Shown: positions 39,540-49,611 of the stretch, piece after piece
Position numbering within the stretch: position 1 is the first letter of the stretch
Layout of the letters: every line of letters starts with the position of its first letter
Source: Candidatus Parcubacteria bacterium
GTDB taxonomy: Bacteria; Patescibacteriota; Saccharimonadia; Saccharimonadales; 2-12-FULL-41-12
Length of the DNA stretch: 61,524 bases
Direction of reading: 5' to 3'
NCBI GenBank assembly: GCA_019347895.1
Contig: JAHWKM010000004.1
Coordinates: 1 to 61,524 of the forward strand
Translations under genes and position numbers: made by a program
The notes under the pieces: model-generated
The model's database searches: none
Seen by the model: the letters and a program-made list of their open reading frames with translations, nothing else
Told to the model about the DNA's origin: nothing

Positions 39540-40349
39540 ATGGCTATTTTACTTAGACATCCGCATTTGAGGTTCCGGCTAGGCGCCAGCGAAGCACGGA
39601 GTGAGCCGTACAAGTTGTATGGTGAGCGAGCACTGGAACTAGCAACGCCGCCGGAGTCCAAAAGTATTGGCAGGGTTAAGGGCTCTGCCCGTGAGCAGGA
39701 CGATACGGTGCGGATGTCTAAAGCGGTGGTTTTTGACTTCGATGGGACGCTGGCTGATACGGAAGGGTTTTTAAGACAAATCTACGGTGATATTGCCCGT
39801 GAAAAAGGTTGGGAACCGTTAAGCAAACGGACCTACCGCCGGCTCTTTACCGCCAGTATTTGGGAGGCGGCCCGCTGGGCGAGGTTTCGTCCGTGGCGGC
39901 TGCATCATTTAGTCAGTGAAAGCCGCACCCGCCTGCAGGCCCGCGCTAATGAAATTAAAATCTTCGACGGACTTAAGAATGTGGTCAATGAGCTTCACAA
40001 ATCCGGGTACGATATTTATATGCTCAGTCGCAACTGGCAGAGCACAGTCCAAATAGTAGTAGATAAGAACGGCCTGGGTGATAAAGTAGTGGTTCTTGAG
40101 AAGCCGGGTTTTTTTACGAAACATAAAAGCGTGAAAAAACTTTTAGTCCAGAAAAAATATGAAAAAAAGCAAACCTGGATGGTCGGGGACGAAGTGCGCG
40201 ATCTCTACGCGGCTAAACGGGCGGGCGTACCTTTTATCGCCGTTGTTTGGGGGTTTCAGGACAAAAAAACCCTTAAGGCTTTTAAGCCGGCGGCATTGGC
40301 CCAAAAGCCTCAAGAAATTCTTGATATAATCTTAAAGAGCAAGGATTAA
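39540..40349 (+). CDS. HAD family phosphatase with in-frame element insertion
   Basis: FDFDGTL, VGDEVRD, WGF; 55-codon insert after residue 5. Confidence 0.88.
   Translation: MAILLRHPHLRFRLGASEARSEPYKLYGERALELATPPESKSIGRVKGSAREQDDTVRMSKAVVFDFDGTLADTEGFLRQIYGDIAREKGWEPLSKRTYRRLFTASIWEAARWARFRPWRLHHLVSESRTRLQARANEIKIFDGLKNVVNELHKSGYDIYMLSRNWQSTVQIVVDKNGLGDKVVVLEKPGFFTKHKSVKKLLVQKKYEKKQTWMVGDEVRDLYAAKRAGVPFIAVVWGFQDKKTLKAFKPAALAQKPQEILDIILKSKD
39554..39720 (+). mobile_element. Family B element, copy 2 (TA-flanked, in frame)
   Basis: TA-GACATCCGCA...TGCGGATGTC-TA; excision restores MAILLKAVVFDFDGT. Confidence 0.85.
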
Positions 40350-41860
40350 CCGAGGCTTTTACGCAGCAGGGCTGCTTCGTTTATGAGCTGGCTTAAAATT
40401 TCCACCTGGCCGCTATGGCTTAAAATTTTTGCGCTTAATTCCTGGTGAGTTTTTTCGTCTGGAGTCTGCGGCCCCACGCTAATACCCAAAACCCTTTCGC
40501 ATATTTCGACATCTTGAGCCACAGATTTCCAAGCATTATTTTGGGAGCTCAGAATTTTCAAATTCTCTTTGTTAAGAAACTGTCCGGCTCGCCCTAGATC
40601 GCTTGCCAGTGATTTGTAATTGTCATTTAGGATTTCTAGCTGCCGGTCACTTAAGTTTTGGAGCGTCTTACCGAGGCCGATGAACTCCGGCGGCACCCCG
40701 ATAGAATAAAAACCGCCGGTGAAGGTTATGGCCCTTGGCAGTTTTTGGCCGGCAATCTTTCTGCCGTAAGCCAACAAGCCGATGTGCTGGCGCCGGTCGC
40801 GGCGCTTTGGCACGGCTTTAAAAATTGGCTGCATATCGCCTACTAATCCCTGCAGAGTTTTTTGATAGTTGCCGGACGAGCTGATGGCTATATCTATCAG
40901 ATGGCGCTGATCGCCAGGGGAAATTAGCCGCGGCTCTACTTCGGGAAGTTTACTTTCCAGCTCGGCAATGGCGGCTTTTACTTTTTCAATCGGATGGTCG
41001 TACCGAAAAGATGATTGAACGGTAGCAGTCCTTACTCCCGGCAGTTCAGCGAGGAATCTATCGATTGTGTCGGGCGATAATCCGCCGCGGAAACCTAAGC
41101 TGCCGGGACCGGCTATCGGATAAATTTTTATGCCGGTTTGTCCGGAAAATTCATAGAGGCGGGATAAGGCAATCTTGTTGCTGATAATTCCAGCCAGCAA
41201 ACCAGATTCTAGAGCTGTATCCGAACAAGCTAAAAACGGTCTAATATACGTTGGCTTGCGGCCAAAATGCTTTTCGTGCAAGCCTACATATTTTGTCAAA
41301 AGAGCAGCTGCATCGAGCTGGCTTCGCATGCTTTCTATCAGAGGTATAACCTCTAGGAAATCCGTATTATCGGTTTCTTTTTTGGTAAAATCGCTGGATT
41401 TAAAATGCGCTAATTTCTCAAACAGATTATGAATCCGCATCAGCTGTTCGGCCCGTGTGGTCATCGGCAGGATTACTTCAAATAGCGGCCGTTTGCTGAA
41501 TTTTAAATCACGTGCAAAATCTTCGCCGCTTAATATAACCGTCATAGCTTGCAAAAGATTGTAGCCTTTTTCTTCCCAAATGTTAGGTATGCGAAAAGTT
41601 AAAAATTTATCCCGGCCAAGCTGGTTTTTAGAGAAATATTCATGATATTCGCTGAACATTCTGTCAATTACCGCCGCGTCGGCATGCTTGCCTTCCCAGT
41701 CCCACATATATTCACTAACACCTAAATCATTGAAGCAATGATAGGCTTCGGCAATCTCCTGGTAAGCTCCAATAAAGGGCGTCTCAGCCTTATCCCAATA
41801 AGGAGCTAGAGCATTGTCCGGGTGCTGAGTAGCCATGGTAGCCGGAATACGTCTCGTCAT
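40346..41860 (-). CDS. ppcA: Archaeal-type phosphoenolpyruvate carboxylase
   Basis: IPATMATQHPDNA, MWDWEGK, GSL.FRG, TVQS.FRYD, LPRAI.F, R.SLG. Confidence 0.93.
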   Translation of the reverse strand: MTRRIPATMATQHPDNALAPYWDKAETPFIGAYQEIAEAYHCFNDLGVSEYMWDWEGKHADAAVIDRMFSEYHEYFSKNQLGRDKFLTFRIPNIWEEKGYNLLQAMTVILSGEDFARDLKFSKRPLFEVILPMTTRAEQLMRIHNLFEKLAHFKSSDFTKKETDNTDFLEVIPLIESMRSQLDAAALLTKYVGLHEKHFGRKPTYIRPFLACSDTALESGLLAGIISNKIALSRLYEFSGQTGIKIYPIAGPGSLGFRGGLSPDTIDRFLAELPGVRTATVQSSFRYDHPIEKVKAAIAELESKLPEVEPRLISPGDQRHLIDIAISSSGNYQKTLQGLVGDMQPIFKAVPKRRDRRQHIGLLAYGRKIAGQKLPRAITFTGGFYSIGVPPEFIGLGKTLQNLSDRQLEILNDNYKSLASDLGRAGQFLNKENLKILSSQNNAWKSVAQDVEICERVLGISVGPQTPDEKTHQELSAKILSHSGQVEILSQLINEAALLRKSLG

Positions 41861-43011
41861 TTTTTAGACTCCTCGTAATTGAAATCTTTTAGGAGATTTA
41901 GCGCGGTTTGAAGTATCGATTTGTTAGCCGCGAAATTTAATCTGGCAAATCCCGGCGTATAAAATGCTTCGCCAGGGACCAGGGCCACACCAGTTTCGTT
42001 TAATAATTTTTCGCACCAATCCAAGCTATTTTTAGTGATTTTCCTTATGTCCAAATATATGTAAAATGCTCCGTGCGGTTCTTTGAAGTCGATTTTTTCA
42101 ATCTGGTTCAGCTGGTTTATTATGAATTTACGGTTTTCTAAAAGCTCCGCCATCATCACGGGTTGGTCATTATTCTCAAGAGCGGCTATGGCGGCATACT
42201 GAGCAGGCAAGGATGCGTTGCCCATTATCTGGCTTAGGACTTTATTGGCAGCGCTGGCAATTCCATTGGGAGCAATTATGTAGCCGATCCGCCAGCCGGT
42301 TAGGGCTTGGCTTTTAGAAAAACCGCCAAGAATAACTAAATTTAAAAATCCGCATTTTGCCGGTGGCGCATAGTCTTCACTAAAAACTAACTTGCTGTAA
42401 ATATCGTCGGATAAAACAACGATTTTCGCGGCGTTTAATACACCGGCCAATTCTTCCAGGCGCTGCTTGGAATAGATTGTACCGGTCGGGTTATTGGGCG
42501 AGCATAAAATGACGGCCTTAGTTTTGGAAGTTATTTTTTGCTTGATGGCACCTATGTCCAGATCAAAGTTTTCATCCAGTTCGACCTCTATCGGCGTACC
42601 GCCAGCCAGCTTTATTTGATAGCTGTAGCTTGTCCAGCCGGGAATAGGTACTAATACTTCATCGCCCGGGTTTATGACCGAGAGAAGACTGGCATAAATA
42701 GCCGGTTTAAGCCCGGCTGTTACTACTACATTGTCAAGCTCCAGTTCCAAGAAGCCATAAAAATTTTTGGCTGCTTCGGCGATAGCTAGTTTTAGAACAG
42801 GCAAGCCTGAGGCGGGCGTGTACTTATTCTCGTCCAATTTGGTAGCCACATAATCGCTTATATATTCAGGAGTTTTACATGGTAATTCGCCGGCCGTTAA
42901 GTTATAGACGGGTTTACCTTGCTCAGCCATTTGCTTTACTCTGGCATTTAGCGCCAGCGTGGCGCTTTCCTCGAGCATATCTATTCGAGCCGCAGTTGGG
43001 ATGTTTTTCAT
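41857..43011 (-). CDS. PLP-dependent class I/II (aspartate-type) aminotransferase
   Basis: SPNNPTG, DDIY, FSKSQALTGWRIG, GAFY. Confidence 0.92.
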   Translation of the reverse strand: MKNIPTAARIDMLEESATLALNARVKQMAEQGKPVYNLTAGELPCKTPEYISDYVATKLDENKYTPASGLPVLKLAIAEAAKNFYGFLELELDNVVVTAGLKPAIYASLLSVINPGDEVLVPIPGWTSYSYQIKLAGGTPIEVELDENFDLDIGAIKQKITSKTKAVILCSPNNPTGTIYSKQRLEELAGVLNAAKIVVLSDDIYSKLVFSEDYAPPAKCGFLNLVILGGFSKSQALTGWRIGYIIAPNGIASAANKVLSQIMGNASLPAQYAAIAALENNDQPVMMAELLENRKFIINQLNQIEKIDFKEPHGAFYIYLDIRKITKNSLDWCEKLLNETGVALVPGEAFYTPGFARLNFAANKSILQTALNLLKDFNYEESKK

Positions 43012-43085
43012 TAGGCCTTATTATACAGGTAAGGGACTTCTTAAAAATAGAATTTTATTATATAATTTAAATAAATAAGAGGCAA

Positions 43086-43535
43086 ATGAGGAGGCAAATA
43101 ATGACGGATCGCAAGCTTACAAACGCTGAAGCCACAAAAATACGCAGGGAAGTAGCCAAGCAAGTAAAAGCCCAGCAAAGATCAAAGGCTAGAAAGGTAG
43201 TCAGCCAAGGGGCGAAGTCGCAATGGCTTGGGTTCGCTGATTTTATGCGCACCCAAGGGGTGGTTGCGCTGGCTATCGGCTTGGTGCTGGGCGTCCAAGT
43301 GAAAGCGCTGGTAGACCAGATAGTCGCTAGTTTTATTAATCCGGTTCTGGGAATAGTATTGCCCGGTTCGGGCAGTTTATCGGAGAAAGTCTTCTCGTTA
43401 AGCGTCGGCGATAAGGAAGCGGTTTTTACTTATGGCGCCTTTATCTCGGTTTTCATCAGTTTTATCACGGTCGCACTTCTAGTCTATTTTGGCGTAAAAG
43501 CTCTTCGGCTGGATAAAATAAATAAACCAGCTTAA
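43086..43535 (+). CDS. mscL: MscL-family mechanosensitive channel
   Basis: F..F...VVALAIG, FINP, YGAFI..FISF. Confidence 0.8.
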   Translation: MRRQIMTDRKLTNAEATKIRREVAKQVKAQQRSKARKVVSQGAKSQWLGFADFMRTQGVVALAIGLVLGVQVKALVDQIVASFINPVLGIVLPGSGSLSEKVFSLSVGDKEAVFTYGAFISVFISFITVALLVYFGVKALRLDKINKPA

Positions 43536-43537
43536 AA

Positions 43538-43951
43538 ATGCAGCTTAGCGAGGAAGAGTGGAAAGCCAAATTAACGCCTGAGCAATATCGAGTATTAAGG
43601 CAAAAAGGTACGGAAGCCCCGTTTAGCGGCGAGTTAATAAATGAAAACCGCGACGGTATGTTCAAATGCGCGGCTTGTGGAGCTGAATTATTTTCCAGCG
43701 AACACAAATTTGAATCAACGGCATCAGGGCTTCAGGGCTGGCCCAGCTTTTCCGATATTGCTAAATCAGACGCCGTAAAATTAATAGATGATAATTCTCT
43801 CGGGGTGAAACGCACAGAAGTCCAATGCGCTACGTGCGGCAGCCACCTTGGGCACGTTTTTGATGAAGCCGAAGACCAGCCGGGAGGGAAACATTACTGC
43901 ATTAATTCAGTTTGTCTTGATTTCGAGTCCAAAGACAATCATCATAAGTAA
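43538..43951 (+). CDS. msrB: Methionine-R-sulfoxide reductase
   Basis: GTEAPF, GWPSF, RTEV.C..C.SHLGHVF, YCINS. Confidence 0.96.
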   Translation: MQLSEEEWKAKLTPEQYRVLRQKGTEAPFSGELINENRDGMFKCAACGAELFSSEHKFESTASGLQGWPSFSDIAKSDAVKLIDDNSLGVKRTEVQCATCGSHLGHVFDEAEDQPGGKHYCINSVCLDFESKDNHHK

Positions 43952-43973
43952 ATTTAAGATAAAATAGTTATTA

Positions 43974-45353
43974 ATGGATAATTTAAAAAACAACGGTAAA
44001 AAAAATGCCAGATTTCGTTTCAAACCACCAGGACAGAATCTACCCAGCGTAAGCCCTAACCTGCCAAAACAACCTATCCAAAATCCAAATCGCTTTGAGC
44101 CATCAGCTCCTGAGTTTATCAGGGAACCATATAGCTCCGTAAAAAAACCTATCCGACCAAAAAACTTTAAAAAAAAGCTTTCTGTAGCCTTGGCAGTTTT
44201 TTTAATTTTGGTTTTGGCTGGCGTCGGCTGGTATTTTTTTATTGACGGTAATTCATCAAATAAACCGCCGGAAGATAAAAATACACAAAGTAAATCGGGC
44301 GCAAAGCCGGCAGTGGCTGATAAAATTCGCCTCATTGCCGCTGGCGATATGCTGCCGCACGAAACAGTCAATCTAAGGGCTAAAACTAACGGTTCTTATG
44401 ATTATGTCCAGTTTTTTGATCAAATAAACCAGCCGTTTAGCTCAGCTGATATTGCCTTTTGCAACCAAGAGTCTCCCAGTGCGCCCGACCTGCCGATTAC
44501 AGCCTATCCGGGCTTTAATGCCCCCGAAGAATTTGCCCGCGACCTTTCAAAAGTCGGCTGTAATGTGATAGGTCTGGCCAACAATCATCTTTATGATAAG
44601 GGCCAACCTGGCATCGAGGGCACGCGGGCGGTTTGGGATAAGATTAAACCATTAGCAATAGCCGGCGCCAACCGTAGTCCGGCAGAACAAAATAAAATTT
44701 CTTATTTTGAAGTTAAAGGTGTGAAATTTGCCTTCATGGCTTACAGCGAAACTTCCAACCGTGATCCGGCGCAAGCTTTTAGCCTGAATATGCTCAATGA
44801 GCAACTGGTTAAATCACAGCTTGGTGAGGCGGATAAAAATGCCGACATCGTGCTGGTAAGCGTTCATTGGGGGAGCGAGTACAAGCCAAGTGCTAACAGC
44901 GGCCAGGAACACTGGGCTAAAATATTTGCCGATAACGGCGCCGATGTAGTTTTGGGCAGCGGTCCGCATGTATTACAGCCGGTTAAAAAATTTCCTAAGC
45001 TCGGCGGCGGAGACACCATAGTATTTTTCAGTCTGGGCAATCTTTTGAGCAGCCAGTTGGACATAGAAAGTTTGATAGGCGGCCTGGCCGTTTTGGATAT
45101 TGATGCCACATCAAAGAAAATTAAAAATCTCGGGTTCTTCCCGACCTATATGCACTATGAATGGTCGCCGGCCGAGAAAGCCCGCGAAGACTTACTAGCC
45201 CGCAAAAACCTCAAGATTTATCCGCTTGAGCAATCCGCCGAGCCTCTCGGCAGATCGCAAAACAACACAACTGTTCAAGAACAAACCAAGCGCATTACGG
45301 ATTTGCTCAATCAATTCACCACGGTCAAAATCCTTAACATGTCAAGCTTTTAA
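43974..45353 (+). CDS. CapA family metallophosphoesterase, membrane-anchored
   Basis: AGD, NQE, LANNH..D.G, HWG.EY, GPHVLQ, SLGN. Confidence 0.92.
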   Translation: MDNLKNNGKKNARFRFKPPGQNLPSVSPNLPKQPIQNPNRFEPSAPEFIREPYSSVKKPIRPKNFKKKLSVALAVFLILVLAGVGWYFFIDGNSSNKPPEDKNTQSKSGAKPAVADKIRLIAAGDMLPHETVNLRAKTNGSYDYVQFFDQINQPFSSADIAFCNQESPSAPDLPITAYPGFNAPEEFARDLSKVGCNVIGLANNHLYDKGQPGIEGTRAVWDKIKPLAIAGANRSPAEQNKISYFEVKGVKFAFMAYSETSNRDPAQAFSLNMLNEQLVKSQLGEADKNADIVLVSVHWGSEYKPSANSGQEHWAKIFADNGADVVLGSGPHVLQPVKKFPKLGGGDTIVFFSLGNLLSSQLDIESLIGGLAVLDIDATSKKIKNLGFFPTYMHYEWSPAEKAREDLLARKNLKIYPLEQSAEPLGRSQNNTTVQEQTKRITDLLNQFTTVKILNMSSF

Positions 45354-45389
45354 TCAAAGCCATCCAAAACCTTGTTTTTGATGATTTTA

Positions 45390-45959
45390 TTACTGTAAAT
45401 TGACTTTTATGCCATCTGAGAACGCGCTGTCATGCAGTTCTGCCGAAACGGGTTTTTGCCCTTTTGGTATATCAAATACTAAAACACCTTCAACGCTGTT
45501 ACCGGGGTTGATTTGAGCTAAGAAAACATCGCTGTTATTGCTATTGTAAAGCGTCGCTGTGCTATCTGGCGAAAATTGTTGACCTTCGGCGTTTAGTAGC
45601 TTTTGGTCTCCTTCAGAAAAGTACTGTTGTTCATTTCCGATATTTTTGACGTTTATTGTCATCAGGCAGTATTGACCTTGTGCCTTTTTGCGTAAAGCGT
45701 CACTATCCGGACTTACTACTTCAGTTTTACCGCACTCGACTTTTTTAACTGTAAATTCAAACTTACCGTCGCGGGCAGCTTCGCCAATTTTTGCTACCGT
45801 TGCTTGCTCGGAATTCCCCTCTTCATTATTAGGCGGTTGTTGATTGTCGCCAGATGAATTAGGAGAATCGCTTCCCCCTCCAGCGGCACCAGCTATGCCG
45901 GCAACGATTAGTAACGCCAAAATTACGGTTATTATTTTATGTTTCTTGAACCACTCCAT
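45390..45959 (-). CDS. DUF4352 domain membrane-anchored protein
   Basis: RDGKFEFTV, INPGNS..G.LVFDIP, ELHDS. Confidence 0.85.
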   Translation of the reverse strand: MEWFKKHKIITVILALLIVAGIAGAAGGGSDSPNSSGDNQQPPNNEEGNSEQATVAKIGEAARDGKFEFTVKKVECGKTEVVSPDSDALRKKAQGQYCLMTINVKNIGNEQQYFSEGDQKLLNAEGQQFSPDSTATLYNSNNSDVFLAQINPGNSVEGVLVFDIPKGQKPVSAELHDSAFSDGIKVNLQ

Positions 45960-45961
45960 TT

Positions 45962-46031
45962 ATAAACTCCTAGTTTATTTTATATCTGTAAATAAATTAC
46001 AGCATTAATCAATAATAAACAACTAGTTTAT
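45962..46031. promoter_or_regulatory. Paired ATAAAC-N5-GTTTAT operator candidates
   Basis: Perfect sites at 45962-45978 and 46015-46031 between divergent DUF4352 and XRE genes. Confidence 0.6.
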
Positions 46032-46066
46032 GTAACTAACTGTTTATAAACCATAGTCTATTCCAT

Positions 46067-46294
46067 ATGTATGGGTCGGAAGAAAGACTACTAAAAAACT
46101 TCGGCAAACGACTTGCCATCGCAAGAAAAAATAAGGGATTGACTCAACAACAGCTTGCGGAAGAGGCTGGTTTGAGTGTAGTAGCTATCGCTTATCTAGA
46201 AACTGGTAAAAGATGGGCTCGCATAGGAACGCTAAATAAACTTTCGAAGTGTCTTAACGTCGATATTTCCGATTTCTTCAAAGGCGTTAAATAA
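46067..46294 (+). CDS. Small XRE/C-protein-like HTH regulator
   Basis: FGKRL..ARK.KGLTQQQLAE.AGLS...I..LE.G. Confidence 0.88.
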   Translation: MYGSEERLLKNFGKRLAIARKNKGLTQQQLAEEAGLSVVAIAYLETGKRWARIGTLNKLSKCLNVDISDFFKGVK

Positions 46295-46304
46295 TCTGAG
46301 AAAT

Positions 46305-46598
46305 CGAAGTAATTTCCTTATCTGCTTTTCTTTCAGCATTGAGAAAACCGATTGGCTTGAATCAGGTTTGTCCGAGTCACTGAAGCAAAAGCTAGTCCAG
46401 CTCGCTCCTTAAATAAAATAGAGATGGACCGGCCCCGGAGGGACGTTTTTTGCTTCACGGACAATCCTGGTATCTCAAGGCAGTAGTGTTTTATCACCTG
46501 CTGCGGCACTTTTTGCCTACTTTTTGTTGCTGCAGAGAAAAAGTAGGAATTCGGTTCCTTATTGAAGGAACGATGGCTTGGTTCTTCGCCAGAAGAAC
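46305..46598 (+). repeat. Family C structured element
   Basis: Aligns along its length to the reverse complement of 59776-60034, with compensatory changes. Confidence 0.85.
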
Positions 46599-46602
46599 TT
46601 AT

Positions 46603-47343
46603 TTATAAACCGAAAAACTCTTCCATGGTTTGGTCGGTTTCATGGAGCTTTGCGGCCAGTTTTTCGCCTACATATCTAAAATGCCACGGTTCATACTGGT
46701 ATCCGGTGATGTTTTTCTTACCTTGCTTGTAGCGCAGAGTGAAGCCGTATTTGTGGGCGTTTTGGGCCAGCCATTTTCCCTCAGGGGTTTCGCCAAAACA
46801 GATCTCCAGATAACATTTTCTATCGGCTCTTGATATATCAAAGGCCAGTCCGGTTTGGTGTTCGCTGGTTCCCGGGCGGGCGCTGTACTTGTCGGCCGCA
46901 GCTTGTCCGTCGCGGGCAACGTAGCCGTTATAATAAACTGCCTGCAAATCAGCCGATCTGTAACCGCTGGCAAATAGCAGACGGTAGCCGGCTGTTTGGG
47001 CGTCTGAAAACATAGTTTCTATCCTTTCATCCACGCCGCTTTTTATTTTTTGTTCCTCGGCGCTGTCGGTAGGATCGCGTCTGACTTCCGGTGTTGCTAA
47101 TTCCGTAGGCACATAATCGGTCGGGATTGGACGCTGCTTGTTGACTATTACCCATAAGCTAGCCGGATCAGTCAGCGAATACTGGATTTTGTCGAATTCA
47201 TCTGGATTGTTATTTTCTTCAGCTTGTTCATTCTGTTTTTGGCGGTCGGAATCCGGAGTATTAGTCCTCTTTCCACCTATAAAAAAATAGGCCGAGCCGC
47301 TGGCTATAAGCAAGATTAAAAGAATTACTAAAAGCTTTTTCAC
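46603..47343 (-). CDS. D-alanyl-D-alanine carboxypeptidase (M15B/VanY-like)
   Basis: SGYRS, PGTSEHQTGLAFD, EPWHFRYVG. Confidence 0.93.
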   Translation of the reverse strand: MKKLLVILLILLIASGSAYFFIGGKRTNTPDSDRQKQNEQAEENNNPDEFDKIQYSLTDPASLWVIVNKQRPIPTDYVPTELATPEVRRDPTDSAEEQKIKSGVDERIETMFSDAQTAGYRLLFASGYRSADLQAVYYNGYVARDGQAAADKYSARPGTSEHQTGLAFDISRADRKCYLEICFGETPEGKWLAQNAHKYGFTLRYKQGKKNITGYQYEPWHFRYVGEKLAAKLHETDQTMEEFFGL

Positions 47344-47378
47344 CCTTAAAATAATAACACTGTATAATATTGAAAATG

Positions 47379-47551
47379 ATCAGAAATTTCACACTTGAGT
47401 GCAAAACGGAATTTATTGGAGAGCAGCGGAGTAAAACGTACAAGTGGTACGTTGCACGAGCAGCGCAGCCAAAATTTGCGTTATGTGCCAAGAGCGGCTT
47501 GCAAGAGCAAACTGGTTTTGGGCTGGAAAGGCGCGGTGCGTAAGTTCTGAT
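47379..47551 (+). repeat. Family B element, copy 3
   Basis: CACACTTGAG...CCAAGAG...CGGTGCG; 55-aa ORF 47376-47543 ends 6 nt before the orn ATG. Confidence 0.85.
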
Positions 47552-48092
47552 GAAGATTGATAAGCATTTAGTGCCAACCAAACTTCTTTGGATTGATTTG
47601 GAGATGACAGGACTTGATTCGGAAAAAGACGTTATTTTGGAAGTGGCCGCCGAAGTAACTGACTTTGATTTTAAAACCTTGGCGTCTTACGAAGCGATAA
47701 TAAAGCACAAAAACCGGTCATTGAAAAAAATGAATGACTGGTCCAAGCTGCAGCACAAAGCCAGCGGTTTAACGGAGCGCATAAAAAAAGAGGGCAGAGA
47801 CGAGCAAGAGGTAGTTCATGAACTGGTCGGTTTTATCAGGGCGGAGTTTGGTAACGAGCCGGCAATTCTAGCCGGCAACTCTATCCATAACGACCGCAAG
47901 TTTATCACCCGCTGGTGGCCAGAAGTAGAAGACCGGCTGCATTACCGCATGCTGGACGTAACCAGCTTTAAAATTTTAATGCAGGCTAAATACGGAGTGA
48001 GTTTTGCCAAAAAAGACGTCCACCGTGCCTTCGACGACATCCAAGCCTCCATCGCCGAACTACAGTTTTACCTTGAAAAATTGAAGCGCTAG
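47550..48092 (+). CDS. orn: Oligoribonuclease
   Basis: WIDLEMTGL, AGNS, HYR.LDV.S, HRA.DDI..SI.EL. Confidence 0.95.
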   Translation: MKIDKHLVPTKLLWIDLEMTGLDSEKDVILEVAAEVTDFDFKTLASYEAIIKHKNRSLKKMNDWSKLQHKASGLTERIKKEGRDEQEVVHELVGFIRAEFGNEPAILAGNSIHNDRKFITRWWPEVEDRLHYRMLDVTSFKILMQAKYGVSFAKKDVHRAFDDIQASIAELQFYLEKLKR

Positions 48093-48166
48093 AATTAATT
48101 TTTTTCGCACTTCGGTCCTGAAGCTGTATTGACAAATACTAGGGAGCATGATAATATATATAAATA

Positions 48167-49417
48167 ATGTCTATAGAGGACGGGCCATCTAGAGAAAACC
48201 CTGCATTTATCGCTCAACCAGACGGAAGCTTTGTTGGAATAAACGAGCAGCGCCGTAAAAACCATGAAGCCGAAATGGATGTTTCTGTACTGCAGGCAGG
48301 AGATGTTCTTGCCGCACGCTTTGATAATGAAGATTCACCCTCGGGTTTTGTATACGAAGTTGAGGAAGCTGTATGGCATGATCTTGGTATTTCGAACTAC
48401 AGTAAGCCAGGACGCAGTCTTAGTGGAAGAATTAACTCCGCGTCTTTGCCCTCAGAGATTAACGGTACGGAGAAAGTAATATTTACAGGCAGCACGTACG
48501 GAGGTTCAATAATCAGTCCAGGACTAATTGCTACTGGAATGTACCCAGAATTTTTCTTAAAAGGGAAAGGTAGATTAACATTTCCGCCAATTAACTACTT
48601 TGTAGTTTTTCGTGCAGATGAACGAGGCTCTCTGCAAGAGATAGAGCCGCAGCAACTAGTTGCCGAAACTTCCGCAAAAAATGAAAAACACACTAAGCGT
48701 GTTGCCGAAATGGATCAAGTGATTGAAGCTTTTAGATTCGACCGCAACCTACGTAACCTAGGCGGCCAAACATATTCAGATGAACGCTACGAAGCTGTTT
48801 TCGATAGTCGAGGCGCGGTTGGTTTAGCAATTCTAGACAAGAAAACAAAGGTATGGATGAAATACCAATACGATGAAGGGCGGGCTTTGCAGATCGGCTT
48901 CGCAAAACTATCAGACATCAAAGAAGCTTATGGGCTTGATGGTAGATTTTCTAGCACAGTTGAACCTATTTATAGAGCAGGTGTGGCTATATCTACACAT
49001 ACTACGTCGCCACGTTATGGGATTGACGTGGTTAATTATAAGATGAGTAAAAAAGAAGCTGCAGACATCGATTTTGCCGGCAAAGATGCATTTCCTCCAA
49101 GTCCTAACATACGTGTTTGGCCTGACGGTTCCCATGATATTGACGATGACAGCTACAAAACTTCAGACGAAAAAAGAATCGAAGATAATAAGAAAATTGA
49201 GGAAGTCTTAGAGTTGCATACGGCTATGGATAGTACAGGTAGAGTTCTGATTATAGACGGCGAGCCTATCGAACTATTTGATCCCTCAACGGAAGCTGAG
49301 AAAATAATAAAACAACTTTCAATAGATACTGAACAGCAATCCCAATGGTCTGAACGGAAGATATATACTTCTGGATTTGTTACAAGAGCTATTAATAAAA
49401 TTACTAAGAAAACCTAA
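48167..49417 (+). CDS. Orphan hypothetical protein (416 aa)
   Basis: Own TTGACA-17-TAATAT promoter; flanked by duplicated orn 3' ends. Confidence 0.7.
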   Translation: MSIEDGPSRENPAFIAQPDGSFVGINEQRRKNHEAEMDVSVLQAGDVLAARFDNEDSPSGFVYEVEEAVWHDLGISNYSKPGRSLSGRINSASLPSEINGTEKVIFTGSTYGGSIISPGLIATGMYPEFFLKGKGRLTFPPINYFVVFRADERGSLQEIEPQQLVAETSAKNEKHTKRVAEMDQVIEAFRFDRNLRNLGGQTYSDERYEAVFDSRGAVGLAILDKKTKVWMKYQYDEGRALQIGFAKLSDIKEAYGLDGRFSSTVEPIYRAGVAISTHTTSPRYGIDVVNYKMSKKEAADIDFAGKDAFPPSPNIRVWPDGSHDIDDDSYKTSDEKRIEDNKKIEEVLELHTAMDSTGRVLIIDGEPIELFDPSTEAEKIIKQLSIDTEQQSQWSERKIYTSGFVTRAINKITKKT

Positions 49418-49450
49418 ATAAAAGCAGCATAGTCTCATCCAGTTCTTTAC

Positions 49451-49580
49451 AAAATCCTTATGCAGGGCTAAATACGGTGTTAATTTTGCCAAAAAGGACG
49501 TTCACCGCGCCTTCGACGACATCCAAGCTTCCATCGCCGAACTCCAGTTTTATATCGAAAAATTAAAAGATACTATTTAG
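49451..49580 (+). pseudogene. Duplicated 3' end of orn
   Basis: Encodes AKYGVNFAKKDVHRAFDDIQASIAELQFYIEKLK; matches ~47970-48092 with mostly synonymous changes and a 1-nt insertion. Confidence 0.9.
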
Positions 49581-49611
49581 CCCAAGCCTTAAAATTTTTT
49601 AATACAACCTT

